From: Anaerohalosphaeraceae bacterium
GTDB taxonomy: Bacteria > Planctomycetota > Phycisphaerae > Sedimentisphaerales > Anaerohalosphaeraceae
DNA length: 64,000 bases
NCBI GenBank assembly: GCA_035450485.1
Contig: DAOTMV010000012.1
Span: forward strand, 38,882 to 102,881
Reading direction: 5' to 3'
Shown here piece by piece: positions 1-9,424 of this stretch. The position numbers and the translations under genes are program-made. The notes under the pieces were generated by a model. The model worked only from the letters and a program-made list of their open reading frames with translations. It was not told where the DNA came from and made no database searches. Within the stretch, counting starts at the first letter, position 1, and each line of letters starts with the position of its first letter.

Positions 1-146
1 GGGGCGCATGGGTCTTCTGTACCGAACAGCGGTGATGTCGAAGTATCAAGCACACGCTTGCTGCGCGGGGCTATAAGGGAATCCCGGCGCCGATTTATTC
101 ATGGGCGCCGGGATTCTTTGGTTGTTGGTTGTCTTTGGGCATGGCT

Positions 147-1493
147 TCAGAGGGACCAGCCGGGTCTTGAGGGGGGGTCGATGAGTGCATTTGCCTGCGG
201 GTTGTTGGTGAACTTCATGGCCGGGCCGTCCCAGGCGAGTTTCTGGCCGGGGAACTGCATGGCGATGATGCCGAGTCGGGCGAGTTCGGTGAGCGGGCCG
301 CCGTAGTCGAAGTTGGAACCGGCCTGTCTGCCGTTCTTGATGGCCTCGAGCCAGTCGGCATGGTGGCCGCGGGTGCGGGGGATGGTCCTGTCGGGCTGCC
401 TGTACTCCTTCATCTTGGTTTCGGGGATGATGCGAAGCCCCCCTGCCCCGTGCGAGCCGTACATGATGGCGCCTTTTGTGCCGTAGACGACGGCGCCGGT
501 GTCGACGACGTTTCGGCTTTCTTCGAGCATTTTAGGGCGAGGCATCCCGGCGTTGGCACTGTGCCAGAGCAGCTTGACCGGGCCACGTTTGCCTTTGGCG
601 GGAAACTCGAAGGTTATGATCTTCCAGGGGGCGAAGGTGTCGTTATGGAGTTTGGGGTCGTAGTCCTTGACTTCGGCCTGGACGGAGGTCGGGGCGCCGA
701 GGTCGAGCGCCCAGAAGACAGGGTCGACGACATGGCAGATCCAATCGCCGATGGTGCCGGAGCCGAAGGGCATCCATGCACGCCAACTGCCGGGGAGGTA
801 CATCGGGTTGTAGGGACGAGGCTTTGCCGGGCCGAGCCAGAGGTTCCAGTCGAGGCCGGCGGGGATATCGTGCTTTTCAGTGCGCTTGGCGAGCTGGTTG
901 ACCCGGCAGTGGTTTGCGCCACAGCGGGCGTGGACTTCGGTGACTTCGCCGATGGCGCCGTCCCAGATCCACTCGCAGAACATGCGGATGGTGTCGGTGG
1001 AGTGGCCCTGGTTGCCGAGTTGTGTGACGACTTTCTGCCTGCGGGCCTCGGCCATGATGGCGCGGATTTCGCCGATGGAGTGGGCGAGGGGCTTTTCGCA
1101 GTAGACGTGCTTGCCGCGCTTGAGGGCGTTCATGACGGCGACGGCGTGGGTGTGGTCGGGCGTGGAGATGCAGACGGCGTCGATTTCGTTTTCGACGGCA
1201 TCGAGCATCTTGCGGAAATCGGTGAAGCGTTTCGCGTTGGGAAATCTGGCGAAGGCGCCGGCGGCGCGGCGTTCGTCGACGTCGCAGAGGGCGACGCAGT
1301 TTTCGCTGCTGCAGCCGTCCAGTTGCGCGGCGCCGCGGCCACCGATGCCAATGTGGGCGATGTTGAGCTTTTCGCTGGGGGGCACCTGGCCGGGACCGCC
1401 GAGGACGTGGCGAGGGACGAGGGTGAAGGCGGCTGTTGCGGCGGCGGCGGCGGACATGAATCGGCGTCTGGAAACGTGTTTCGCAGTTTGCAT
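147..1493 (-). CDS. Gfo/Idh/MocA family oxidoreductase with twin-arginine (Tat) signal peptide
   Basis: 448 aa. N-terminus SRRRFMSAAAAATAAF is a Tat motif. A GIGGRG Rossmann dinucleotide-binding motif follows shortly, and the overall pattern is typical of Gfo/Idh/MocA dehydrogenases. Confidence 0.85.
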   Translation of the reverse strand: MQTAKHVSRRRFMSAAAAATAAFTLVPRHVLGGPGQVPPSEKLNIAHIGIGGRGAAQLDGCSSENCVALCDVDERRAAGAFARFPNAKRFTDFRKMLDAVENEIDAVCISTPDHTHAVAVMNALKRGKHVYCEKPLAHSIGEIRAIMAEARRQKVVTQLGNQGHSTDTIRMFCEWIWDGAIGEVTEVHARCGANHCRVNQLAKRTEKHDIPAGLDWNLWLGPAKPRPYNPMYLPGSWRAWMPFGSGTIGDWICHVVDPVFWALDLGAPTSVQAEVKDYDPKLHNDTFAPWKIITFEFPAKGKRGPVKLLWHSANAGMPRPKMLEESRNVVDTGAVVYGTKGAIMYGSHGAGGLRIIPETKMKEYRQPDRTIPRTRGHHADWLEAIKNGRQAGSNFDYGGPLTELARLGIIAMQFPGQKLAWDGPAMKFTNNPQANALIDPPSRPGWSL

Positions 1494-1549
1494 GACAGAT
1501 CTCCTATGAGGGGCATGAATGCGATTACGTCAGCCCCAGGCTTTGCAGG

Positions 1550-3313
1550 TCATCCGTTGAAGTAGATATAGGCCGCCGCAATGATCACCAGAACGACAAC
1601 GGTAAAGAACAAATCCATGGTGGTCCAACTTGCACGTGATTGACGACGATCTTCGGCCGTAAGGGTTGCGTAGGTCAGGCCCTGAATCTTCTCATAGGTG
1701 GGCGCCGACGTCATATAGCTGACGACCATCATTACCGCGATACAGACCAGGAAAATCAACAGACTGTAGTATTGGAAGAACACGTTGTTGACGATCCACA
1801 GGAACGATCCCTCGGCATAGGTGAAACCGTGCTTGAGCTTTACGGGGGTATCGACCGCCAGTCTGAACAGACCCATTGCAAAACCGACCAACAGGGCCGC
1901 AAGGCAACCCTTTGCATTGACGCGCTTCACGAAGACGCCGAGGAAGAAGACCACGAAGATCGGCGGGGCAAGGTAGGCCTGGACGCCTTGGAGGTAGTCG
2001 TAAAGGCCTCTGCCGCCGCGGATTACGGGGATCCAGAGCAGGCCGATGAGCACCATGACCGCGGTGGCAACCCGGCCCATCCAGACCAACTGATGCTGCG
2101 AGGCGCCGGGGCGGAGTTTATCGTAAAAATCCATGGTAAAGAGGGTTGCGCAGGCGTTGAAGACGCCGGCCAAAGAACTCATAAGGGCGGCGAGCAGACC
2201 TGCGACGACGATGCCGCGGACGCCGGCCGGCAGGACATGGGTGACGAGCAGCGGAAAGGCTTGCTGACCTTCTGCACGGATGAGATTGCCTTGTTCGTCG
2301 AAGAGGGCCTCGGTCACAGCGGGCACGGCACCGCTCTTGGCCAGAGCAAAGGCAATAATGCCGGGGATAATGAAGATGAAAACCGGCAGCAGCTTGAAGA
2401 AGGCGGCACAGATCGAGCCGCGCCGGGCCTGGCGTTCATCGGGGGCGCCGAGAACGCGCTGGACGATGTACTGATCGGTGCACCAGTACCAGAGGCCGAC
2501 GATGGGGGCACAGAACAACATGCCGATCCAGGGATAATTGTCGTTGAAGTACCAGGCCATCCGGCCGGGTTCGCGGACCGGCGCCCATGTGCCTACGACA
2601 CCATCCGGCACGAGGGGTTTCCAAAGGTTGAACATCTCGGAGTCGACGGTCTCTCTGAGAACGCCCCAACCGCCGAGGGCTTTGAGACCGAAGATCGTGA
2701 CCAGGGCAGAGCCCACTACCAGGATGATCGTTTGAAGCGCCTCGGTATAGGCGACTGCCCGGAGGCCGCCGACGATGGTGTAGAGGCCGGTGAGGACGAT
2801 GACGAGGATGGAGCCGACCCAGAAGGCGTCAAGATCCACGAAGCCGAGGTTGAGATGCATCTCGGGAAACAGAGCGGCGAAGACGATGCCGCCAGCGAAG
2901 ATGCCTACGGCGATCTTGGTCAAAACATAGGCAACGAGCGAGATCAATGACAATATCCAGCGGCTCGAGGCGGAAAACCGTTTTTCGAGGAACTCGGGCA
3001 TGGTGAAGACCTCTGAGCGCATGTAAAAGGGCACGAAGACCCAGGCCAAAATGAGGAGGCACCATGCGTGAAGTTCATAATGGGCCATTGCCACGCCGTC
3101 GGTGGCGCCGGAGCCGGCCAGGCCAACGACGTGCTCGCTTCCGATGTTGCTGGCGAAGATAGAGGCACCGATGATGAACCAGCCAAGGTTGCGGCCCGCG
3201 AGGAAGTAGTCATCGGCCGTGTCCTTGGTCCGCAGGATCACCCATATTGCCAGACCGAAGAGGATGACGAAGTAGCCGGCTATAGCGATCCAGTCAATTA
3301 CCGAGAAGTCCAT
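1550..3313 (-). CDS. sodium:solute symporter (SSF/SGLT family) transporter
   Basis: 587 aa polytopic membrane protein. N-terminal DWIAIAGYFVILFGLAIW...YFLAGR motif is characteristic of the SSF family. Confidence 0.85.
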   Translation of the reverse strand: MDFSVIDWIAIAGYFVILFGLAIWVILRTKDTADDYFLAGRNLGWFIIGASIFASNIGSEHVVGLAGSGATDGVAMAHYELHAWCLLILAWVFVPFYMRSEVFTMPEFLEKRFSASSRWILSLISLVAYVLTKIAVGIFAGGIVFAALFPEMHLNLGFVDLDAFWVGSILVIVLTGLYTIVGGLRAVAYTEALQTIILVVGSALVTIFGLKALGGWGVLRETVDSEMFNLWKPLVPDGVVGTWAPVREPGRMAWYFNDNYPWIGMLFCAPIVGLWYWCTDQYIVQRVLGAPDERQARRGSICAAFFKLLPVFIFIIPGIIAFALAKSGAVPAVTEALFDEQGNLIRAEGQQAFPLLVTHVLPAGVRGIVVAGLLAALMSSLAGVFNACATLFTMDFYDKLRPGASQHQLVWMGRVATAVMVLIGLLWIPVIRGGRGLYDYLQGVQAYLAPPIFVVFFLGVFVKRVNAKGCLAALLVGFAMGLFRLAVDTPVKLKHGFTYAEGSFLWIVNNVFFQYYSLLIFLVCIAVMMVVSYMTSAPTYEKIQGLTYATLTAEDRRQSRASWTTMDLFFTVVVLVIIAAAYIYFNG

Positions 3314-3582
3314 AGAATTCCTTTCGTAGATGTTATGAGCATGAATACATTGATCGGGATTCTACCCTGACGATATCTGCAAAAGCGCACCCACCCTTGA
3401 CTTGCCGCCGAGATGGCGACGGAACGATTTGAGGCAACCAACGATCGAGCCTGTGCAACCCGTTCATTTTCAATCTTTTCCCTGGCGTTGAACTCGGCCA
3501 AACCACGTTTGCGGTATTCTGACCCGTACGAGCAGAAAATGCAAGCATTTTGTTGTTCCGATCACGGGTTATCCACCAAGGT

Positions 3583-4407
3583 CTACAGCAGGGATTTGAG
3601 GTATCTGATGCTTTTTTCGGCCTGTTCTATTGTTCCGCACTCCACGGACATGACGATGTCCCGAGGGGCTTTTTTGCAGATGGCGATGACGGCTTTCCAG
3701 TCGATGACGCCTTCGCCGCAGGCACAGCCTACGGGGGTTCCGGTGACCTTGCCTCGTTCGTCGGCGGACTGCTGCACGGAGATGTCTTTTGCATGGAGGT
3801 GGACGAGTCGGTCGGCGACGTGTTCAAGCCATTTGATGGGATCGGCGCCGCTGAGGTAGGCGTTGCCCGTGTCGAAGTTGATGCCGATGGCGGGCGAATC
3901 GACGAGGCTGCAGATACGGTCGAGGTTTTCGGGGGTCTTGCTGTACTGCTGGTGGGGTTCGAGGCCGATGAGGATGCCGCGGCGTTCGGCGAGTTTGGCG
4001 GCTTCGGTGAGGGTATACCTGATGAGGACGAAGTCTTCTTCTTCGGTGGTCCAGGGCTGCTTGGGGCCTTCGTCGGTGTTGACGACGGGTGCGGCGCATT
4101 CGGCGGCGTAGCGGACGGCCTGCTTGAGGTATTCGACGCCGATTTCGGGTTTGGTGAGGGGACAGTGAGCGGACAGGGCTGACATCTTGACGCCGGCGGC
4201 GTCGCAGGCATCCTTGAGACGGAGGGGATCGTCGAGCATGGAGACGCTGTGGAAGTATCCGGCTTCACTGAGGAGTTCACGGCCCCAGTGGACCATGGGC
4301 TCGACGTACTCGTAGCCGAGTTCGGCGGCCTTTTGGCAGGCGAACTCGAAGTTCTTGTCTTTGTAGCGGACGAATTCGTTGTTGACGCCGATGTAAACGT
4401 TTGCCAT
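3583..4407 (-). CDS. sugar phosphate isomerase/epimerase (xylose-isomerase-like TIM barrel)
   Basis: 274 aa. Pattern resembles the AP-endonuclease-2 / xylose-isomerase-like TIM barrel (…IGLEPHQ…, …INFDTGN…). Co-directional with the upstream symporter and oxidoreductase. Confidence 0.8.
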   Translation of the reverse strand: MANVYIGVNNEFVRYKDKNFEFACQKAAELGYEYVEPMVHWGRELLSEAGYFHSVSMLDDPLRLKDACDAAGVKMSALSAHCPLTKPEIGVEYLKQAVRYAAECAAPVVNTDEGPKQPWTTEEEDFVLIRYTLTEAAKLAERRGILIGLEPHQQYSKTPENLDRICSLVDSPAIGINFDTGNAYLSGADPIKWLEHVADRLVHLHAKDISVQQSADERGKVTGTPVGCACGEGVIDWKAVIAICKKAPRDIVMSVECGTIEQAEKSIRYLKSLL

Positions 4408-4425
4408 GTGAGTCTCCTTTCCGCT

Positions 4426-4638
4426 CTACTGTGACTGACTCATATCTATTATTCCAAAGGCGGCGAGGACGCCAAGGATGATGAGGCCTGCGCCGAGGAG
4501 GATGTAGAAGATGCGGGCCCCCGTGCGAGAGAGGAGGGTCACGAAGATGCGGTTCATAAACCATTCCCAGTCGCAGACGGCGCCGCAGATTGCAAAACCG
4601 CCAGACAGCACAAACAGCCATCCCAAGAGTTGAGTCAT
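4426..4638 (-). CDS. small two-TM membrane protein, unknown function
   Basis: 70 aa, two hydrophobic helices. 18-nt gap to the upstream isomerase gene, so probably co-transcribed. Confidence 0.4.
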   Translation of the reverse strand: MTQLLGWLFVLSGGFAICGAVCDWEWFMNRIFVTLLSRTGARIFYILLGAGLIILGVLAAFGIIDMSQSQ

Positions 4639-5046
4639 AGGTCGCCTCCTTACTTTGACTTATCCGTTATTCTCCAGTTGTCCCGATTTGTCACTTGCAG
4701 TCATTGTCTGTACCGGGCGCCGATGGGGGCGGCTTCGATCCTGTCGCGGCCGCAGCGGCAGATGACGATGCTTCATCGTTATCTTTTCTCCTTCTGTCTG
4801 CGTGGGGATTTTACCGACGCCGGCGTCATTGTATCCGGACAGTGAGGCCGGTTCAAAGCAAAAATGGCTCCAATGCCGAGGCACGTGAGAGTCGTCATGC
4901 TGCGGCGGGCGGCTATCGGCAAGACCTGCAAATCAGGCTTCGCTTCAGGGGCCGGCTCCCCCTGCCGGCCCCCCTACCGCCCCCCTGCCAACATATTATT
5001 TCCGGGGAGCTGCTCCCTGCAAAAATGGGCCTAATTGGGCAGAGGA

Positions 5047-5074
5047 TTGACATCATGGGGCGGGGGTTTATGAT
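5047..5074 (+). promoter_or_regulatory. sigma70-like promoter TTGACA-16-TATGAT abutting yjbQ start (possible leaderless mRNA)
   Basis: The -10 ends 6 nt before the annotated ATG at 5081. No RBS is evident. Confidence 0.3.
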
Positions 5075-5080
5075 GGCGGC

Positions 5081-5506
5081 ATGGTTAAGACTTATCAAAT
5101 CAAGGTGCAGACGCGGGGGAACTGTCACGTCGTGAATATAACCGACGACGTGATTTCGGCAGTAGAGGATTCGGGGTGCCAGGACGGGGCCGTGGTGCTG
5201 TTCAACGTGGGGTCGACGGCGGGGATTACGACATTGGAGTATGAGCCGGGTCTGGTGAAGCATGATATTGCGGCGCTATTCGAGCGGCTGGCGCCGGCAA
5301 ATGCCAGGTATGAGCACGAGGAGACGTGGCACGACGACAACGGGCATTCGCATTGCCGGGCGGCGCTATTGGGGCCGTCGCTGAATGTGCCGATCGTAGA
5401 TGGGAAGATGACGTTGGGGACGTGGCAGCAGATTGTCCTGGTCGATTTCGATACGCGGGAGCGGACGCGGACGGTGGTTTGCCAGGTCATGGGTGTGGGG
5501 ACGTAA
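5081..5506 (+). CDS. YjbQ/UPF0047 family protein (secondary thiamine-phosphate synthase-like)
   Basis: 141 aa. N-terminus MVKTYQIKVQT aligns with E. coli YjbQ (MWYQKTLTL…). Conserved H..H and C motifs of UPF0047 are present. Confidence 0.8.
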   Translation: MVKTYQIKVQTRGNCHVVNITDDVISAVEDSGCQDGAVVLFNVGSTAGITTLEYEPGLVKHDIAALFERLAPANARYEHEETWHDDNGHSHCRAALLGPSLNVPIVDGKMTLGTWQQIVLVDFDTRERTRTVVCQVMGVGT

Positions 5507-5537
5507 CAGACACGCTGTAATGGGACGGGGATCGGCT

Positions 5538-6206
5538 ATGCGGCATTCACACTCGCAGGCGGGGTCCGGGAGGCGCGGCTCGGCGATACTGGCTCTGTTA
5601 GTTGCGGTCGCTATTCTGATGGTGCTGTATTTCCTTGATGTACACCGGATATTCGGGCCGGGATTGAGCGGGAGGTCCAGTGTGCCGGAGTCACGGCCAT
5701 GGTTAGAGGAGGACCTAATCAAGGGGCCGGGCGAGGAGATCCGGATGCCGAAGGCGCCGAAGCCGCAGTTGGACGAACAGCGAGAGATAACGGCGGCTGT
5801 GAGTCGCGAGGGGGCGGAGCGGGGGACAATGGAACTGACGTTCGGGGCCGACGGGCGGGTGCGCGGGACGTGGGGGTGTGCATACCGACACGGCAATCAG
5901 GATTATACATACGATTCGAGCTTTGCGGGGAATATCGACGCGAAGAAGGTATTCGTGTCGGCAGAAGGCACGAAGGACAAGTCGCTGCTGTATTTCATTG
6001 CGCGAGGGCCATACACCCAGCGGATGACGAACGTGAATAATGGGCAAACCACCACGGAGGAGGGGACGATCTGGGTGACGGGGTGGCTTGGGGCGGATTA
6101 CTCTGCACGGGGGCTGATTACGATTACTACCGATAACACGTGGTCCGTGACGTACGACTGGCAAAGCAGCAACGCGGGTGAGACGGGCGTCGGCAGCGTG
6201 CGATAA
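5538..6206 (+). CDS. hypothetical membrane-anchored protein
   Basis: ATG at 5538 chosen because the long ORF from 5433 overlaps yjbQ. N-terminal TM helix ILALLVAVAILMVLYF, then a soluble Thr/Gly-rich domain. No family recognised. Confidence 0.45.
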   Translation: MRHSHSQAGSGRRGSAILALLVAVAILMVLYFLDVHRIFGPGLSGRSSVPESRPWLEEDLIKGPGEEIRMPKAPKPQLDEQREITAAVSREGAERGTMELTFGADGRVRGTWGCAYRHGNQDYTYDSSFAGNIDAKKVFVSAEGTKDKSLLYFIARGPYTQRMTNVNNGQTTTEEGTIWVTGWLGADYSARGLITITTDNTWSVTYDWQSSNAGETGVGSVR

Positions 6207-6234
6207 CCTGCTTTTGGGGGTTTTTTCGTTTGAC

Positions 6235-6264
6235 CTTGCTTTGCGGTGCGCCGATATGCTAAAA
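6235..6264 (+). promoter_or_regulatory. candidate promoter TTGCTT-18-TAAAAT upstream of glmS
   Basis: Located after a T-rich stretch downstream of the preceding gene. Leaves a ~100-nt leader before glmS. Confidence 0.3.
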
Positions 6265-6370
6265 TCCGCCGTGGGGTCGGTGATTCATGTGCATCAGACA
6301 CCCGGCGGCGTAACGCGGCGGGCTAAATCGTAAGTGATGGGCTGGCAATCCGTTAGGAGCATGGCGGTAC

Positions 6371-8239
6371 ATGTGCGGTATAGTTGCATACTTAGGACAT
6401 AAGGCGGCACGTCCGATATTAATCGAGGGGCTGAAGCGGCTGGAGTATCGCGGGTACGATTCGGCGGGGATTGCGCTTCTGGTCGAAAACGGCTTCGAGA
6501 TTTACAAGACGGTGGGGCGGATTTCGGCGCTGGAGGCCATTCTGCCGAAGGCGGATGCACAGGAGGTTATCGGGATCGGGCATACGCGGTGGGCAACACA
6601 CGGGGAGCCGAGCACGATCAATGCACATCCACACGCCGATGCGACGGGCAAGATCACCATCGTTCATAACGGGATCATCGAGAATTACGCGACACTGAAG
6701 AAGTGGCTGATGGAGAAGGGCTGCACGTTTCGCAGCGCGACGGACAGCGAGGTGATCGCGAACCTGATCGGATATTTCTACACGACCGACAATGCGCGGG
6801 ACGGGCAGAACCGCCCTGCCGACGAGAACAAGTTCGAGTGGGCAGTGCAGCAGGCGCTTCATGAGCTGTGCGGGACGTACGGACTGGCGATCATGTGTTC
6901 GGATTTTCCGGATGTGCTGATCGGCGCCAAGAAAGGAAGCCCGCTTATCCTGGGCGTGGGCGATGGGGAGTACATTATCGCGTCCGATGCGGCGGCGATT
7001 GTGGAGCATACGACGCAGGCGATTTACCTTTCGGACAACGAGATGGTGATCTGCACGCCGACAGCTTTTCGCACAAAGACCATAGACAACGTGCTCGTGA
7101 CGAAGAGCCTCAAGGATATTGAGTTCTCGTTGGAGCAGATCGAATTAGCGGGCCATGAACATTACATGGCCAAGGAGATCGCGGAGCAGCCGCGGGCGCT
7201 GGCGACGTGCCTGGGCGGGCGAATCGATTTGAAGAATGCGCGGGTGGTGTTGGGCGGGATTCAGAATCACCTTCGGGACCTGACGCGGACACGGCGCATT
7301 ATTCTGACGGCGTGCGGGACGGCATGGCATGCGGGGCTGGTGGGCGAGTTTCTGTTCGAGCAGCTGGCGCGGATTCCGGCGGAGGTGGAGTACGCAAGCG
7401 AGTTTCGGTATCGCAACCCGATCATCGAGGACGGGACGATTGTGATCGCGATCAGCCAGTCGGGGGAGACGGCAGATACGTTGGCGGCCGTGGAGCAGGC
7501 GAAGGAGCGAGGTGCACGGGTGTTAGGGCTGGTCAACGTAGTAGGCAGCACGATTGCGCGGTCCACGGATGCGGGGGTGTACCTGCGGGTGGGGCCGGAG
7601 ATCGGGGTGGCGAGCACGAAGGCGTTTACGGCGCAGGTGGCGGTCCTTACGATGTTGGCGATCGAGCTGGGGCGGCGGCGGCATTTGAGCAGCGATTATG
7701 CGGCGTCGCTGCTGAAGGAACTTCACGAGATGCCGGCGAAGATCGACCGGATCCTGGAGCAGTCGGAGCATATCAAGGCGATTGCCCAGGAGAACGTTGG
7801 CAAGGAAAACTGGCTGTTTCTCGGGCGGGGCGTGAATTATCCGGTGGCGCTGGAGGGGGCGCTGAAGCTTAAGGAGATCAGCTATATTCATGCGGAGGGG
7901 CTGCCTGCGGCGGAGATGAAGCATGGGCCGATTGCGCTGATTACGGACCAGATGCCGGCGGTGTTTATTGCGACGCGGTGTTCGCAGTACGAGAAGATCA
8001 TCGGCAACATCGAGGAGGTGCGGGCGCGCGGGGGCAGAACGATCATGGTGGCGACGGAGGGGGACGACCATATCGCACGATACGCGGATCATCTGATTAC
8101 GGTGCCGGATGCGACGGAGCAACTGCAGCCGATGCTTACGGTGGTGCCGCTGCAGTTGTTGGCCTATCATGCGGCGGTGCTGCGGGGGCACGACGTGGAC
8201 AAGCCGCGGAATCTGGCGAAGAGCGTTACCGTGGAGTGA
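6371..8239 (+). CDS. glmS: glutamine--fructose-6-phosphate aminotransferase (isomerizing)
   Basis: 622 aa. Starts MCGIVAY (Ntn Cys2 nucleophile), has two SIS domains, ends …AKSVTVE. Unambiguous GlmS. Confidence 0.95.
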   Translation: MCGIVAYLGHKAARPILIEGLKRLEYRGYDSAGIALLVENGFEIYKTVGRISALEAILPKADAQEVIGIGHTRWATHGEPSTINAHPHADATGKITIVHNGIIENYATLKKWLMEKGCTFRSATDSEVIANLIGYFYTTDNARDGQNRPADENKFEWAVQQALHELCGTYGLAIMCSDFPDVLIGAKKGSPLILGVGDGEYIIASDAAAIVEHTTQAIYLSDNEMVICTPTAFRTKTIDNVLVTKSLKDIEFSLEQIELAGHEHYMAKEIAEQPRALATCLGGRIDLKNARVVLGGIQNHLRDLTRTRRIILTACGTAWHAGLVGEFLFEQLARIPAEVEYASEFRYRNPIIEDGTIVIAISQSGETADTLAAVEQAKERGARVLGLVNVVGSTIARSTDAGVYLRVGPEIGVASTKAFTAQVAVLTMLAIELGRRRHLSSDYAASLLKELHEMPAKIDRILEQSEHIKAIAQENVGKENWLFLGRGVNYPVALEGALKLKEISYIHAEGLPAAEMKHGPIALITDQMPAVFIATRCSQYEKIIGNIEEVRARGGRTIMVATEGDDHIARYADHLITVPDATEQLQPMLTVVPLQLLAYHAAVLRGHDVDKPRNLAKSVTVE

Positions 8240-8376
8240 TGTCTTTCGGCGTGATGTTGGGCTCGGCGAGCCAGTCCATCACAAAACGGCGGCTTGCCGG
8301 CGACAGAATCACATGGCCGTGCAGCCTGCTTTCGTCTCAAGGTAAGTGTCGGGCGTAATGAGGGCCGTTTCGTCGC

Positions 8377-8829
8377 TCACCTTCGGGATACAGGTCGGCG
8401 ACGGACATTCTCTTTGCTTTTAGGGGGTTTGGAGTGGGATTCCTTGAGGATTTTCATGGCCTTTTTTACATCGGCGACCTTGAGGATACCGGTGGTACGG
8501 CCGCCGCGTGCGCCGGCTGTGCAGTAGGCATAGGAGATGTTGATGTGGGCTTCGGCGAGTTTCTGGGTGACGGTGGCGAGGGCGCCGCTCTTGTTTGAGA
8601 GCTGGACGCAGAGGACATCGGTCTCGTTAACGGGCATGTTGAGACGGGCGAGGATGGCGCGGGTTTTTTCGCGCGAGGAGGTGACTACGCGCATGACGCC
8701 GTGCTCGACGGAGTCCATCATTGTGATGGCGATGATGTTTATCTTTGCGTTTGCGAACTCGGTGAGGACCTTTGCGAGGACGCCGGGTTTGTTGACCATG
8801 AAGATTGAGAACTGGGTTTCGATGTGCAT
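8377..8829 (-). CDS. ACT-domain protein
   Basis: 150 aa. The N-terminal ~80 aa and a repeat of it show ACT-like ligand-binding fold signatures (…MVNKPGVLAKVLTEFANAKINI…). Confidence 0.55.
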   Translation of the reverse strand: MHIETQFSIFMVNKPGVLAKVLTEFANAKINIIAITMMDSVEHGVMRVVTSSREKTRAILARLNMPVNETDVLCVQLSNKSGALATVTQKLAEAHINISYAYCTAGARGGRTTGILKVADVKKAMKILKESHSKPPKSKENVRRRPVSRR

Positions 8830-8906
8830 TGCTTTACCCCTATTAATGCGAATCCGTCCTTGTTCTTATCCGCAGTTTACGCCCGCGGCGCAGACATCCC
8901 TTGCTC

Positions 8907-9269
8907 TTACATTTCGCCCATGGCTGTTACGGCGGCGTCGCAGTCCGGGTAGAACTCGAAGATGCGGTCGAGGTTGGTGATCTTAAAGACGCGGTTGAGC
9001 TGTGGGTTGATGCCGCAGATCAGGAGTCGGCCGCCGCAGTCGCGGAGGCGTCGCCAGACGTCGACGAGGAGGCCGAGCATCTGCGACGTGAAAAACCGCA
9101 CGTTGGAGAAATCAACCACCATTTTTCGGGGCTGTTCGGTCCCGATATACGTGCGGAGGCGATGGGTCATTTCTTCGATGCCGCTGAGCGCGTCGATGGC
9201 GGCGGCCCCGAAGGAAACGACTGCGACATCGCCTCTGGTGGTGATTTGCAGTTCGGCTGTGCTGTCCAT
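8907..9269 (-). CDS. STAS-domain anti-sigma-factor antagonist
   Basis: Internal ATG (MDSTAELQITTRGDVAVVSF…) gives 120 aa, typical for SpoIIAA-like proteins. The longer ORF to 9368 starts with GTG and adds an atypical 33-aa basic extension. Coordinates are ±1-2 nt. Confidence 0.6.
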   Translation of the reverse strand: MDSTAELQITTRGDVAVVSFGAAAIDALSGIEEMTHRLRTYIGTEQPRKMVVDFSNVRFFTSQMLGLLVDVWRRLRDCGGRLLICGINPQLNRVFKITNLDRIFEFYPDCDAAVTAMGEM

Positions 9270-9424
9270 TGGTTTCGGTCTCCGTACTTGCGGGCGTCGG
9301 TCGGCCACGGTATTTATTATATCGTTTTGCAGGTGCCGGGGCAACAGGTATTGGCGGTCTTCAGGCACGTGCCCCCGGTGCTTCCGGGGCGGAAAGGCAT
9401 TGCCTTGGGCCCGTACACTCCGGA

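Noticed and set aside
58-306. 82-aa ORF at the window start
   Set aside because: Overlaps the 3' end of the oxidoreductase gene on the opposite strand. No RBS. Likely spurious.
360-1565. 401-aa + strand ORF antisense to the Gfo/Idh/MocA gene (also 614..922, 1130..1516 etc.)
   Set aside because: Gly/Asp/Val-rich low-complexity translation typical of a shadow frame of a high-GC gene. The opposite strand encodes a clearly conserved oxidoreductase.
1640-2950. 436-aa + strand ORF antisense to the symporter gene
   Set aside because: Shadow ORF in GC-rich DNA. The composition (D/E/G/R-rich) is not protein-like.
6207-6370. Possible glmS ribozyme in the 160-nt leader upstream of glmS
   Set aside because: No recognisable match to the conserved glmS ribozyme core. 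The ribozyme is mainly a Firmicutes feature. The region is more simply explained as promoter plus leader.
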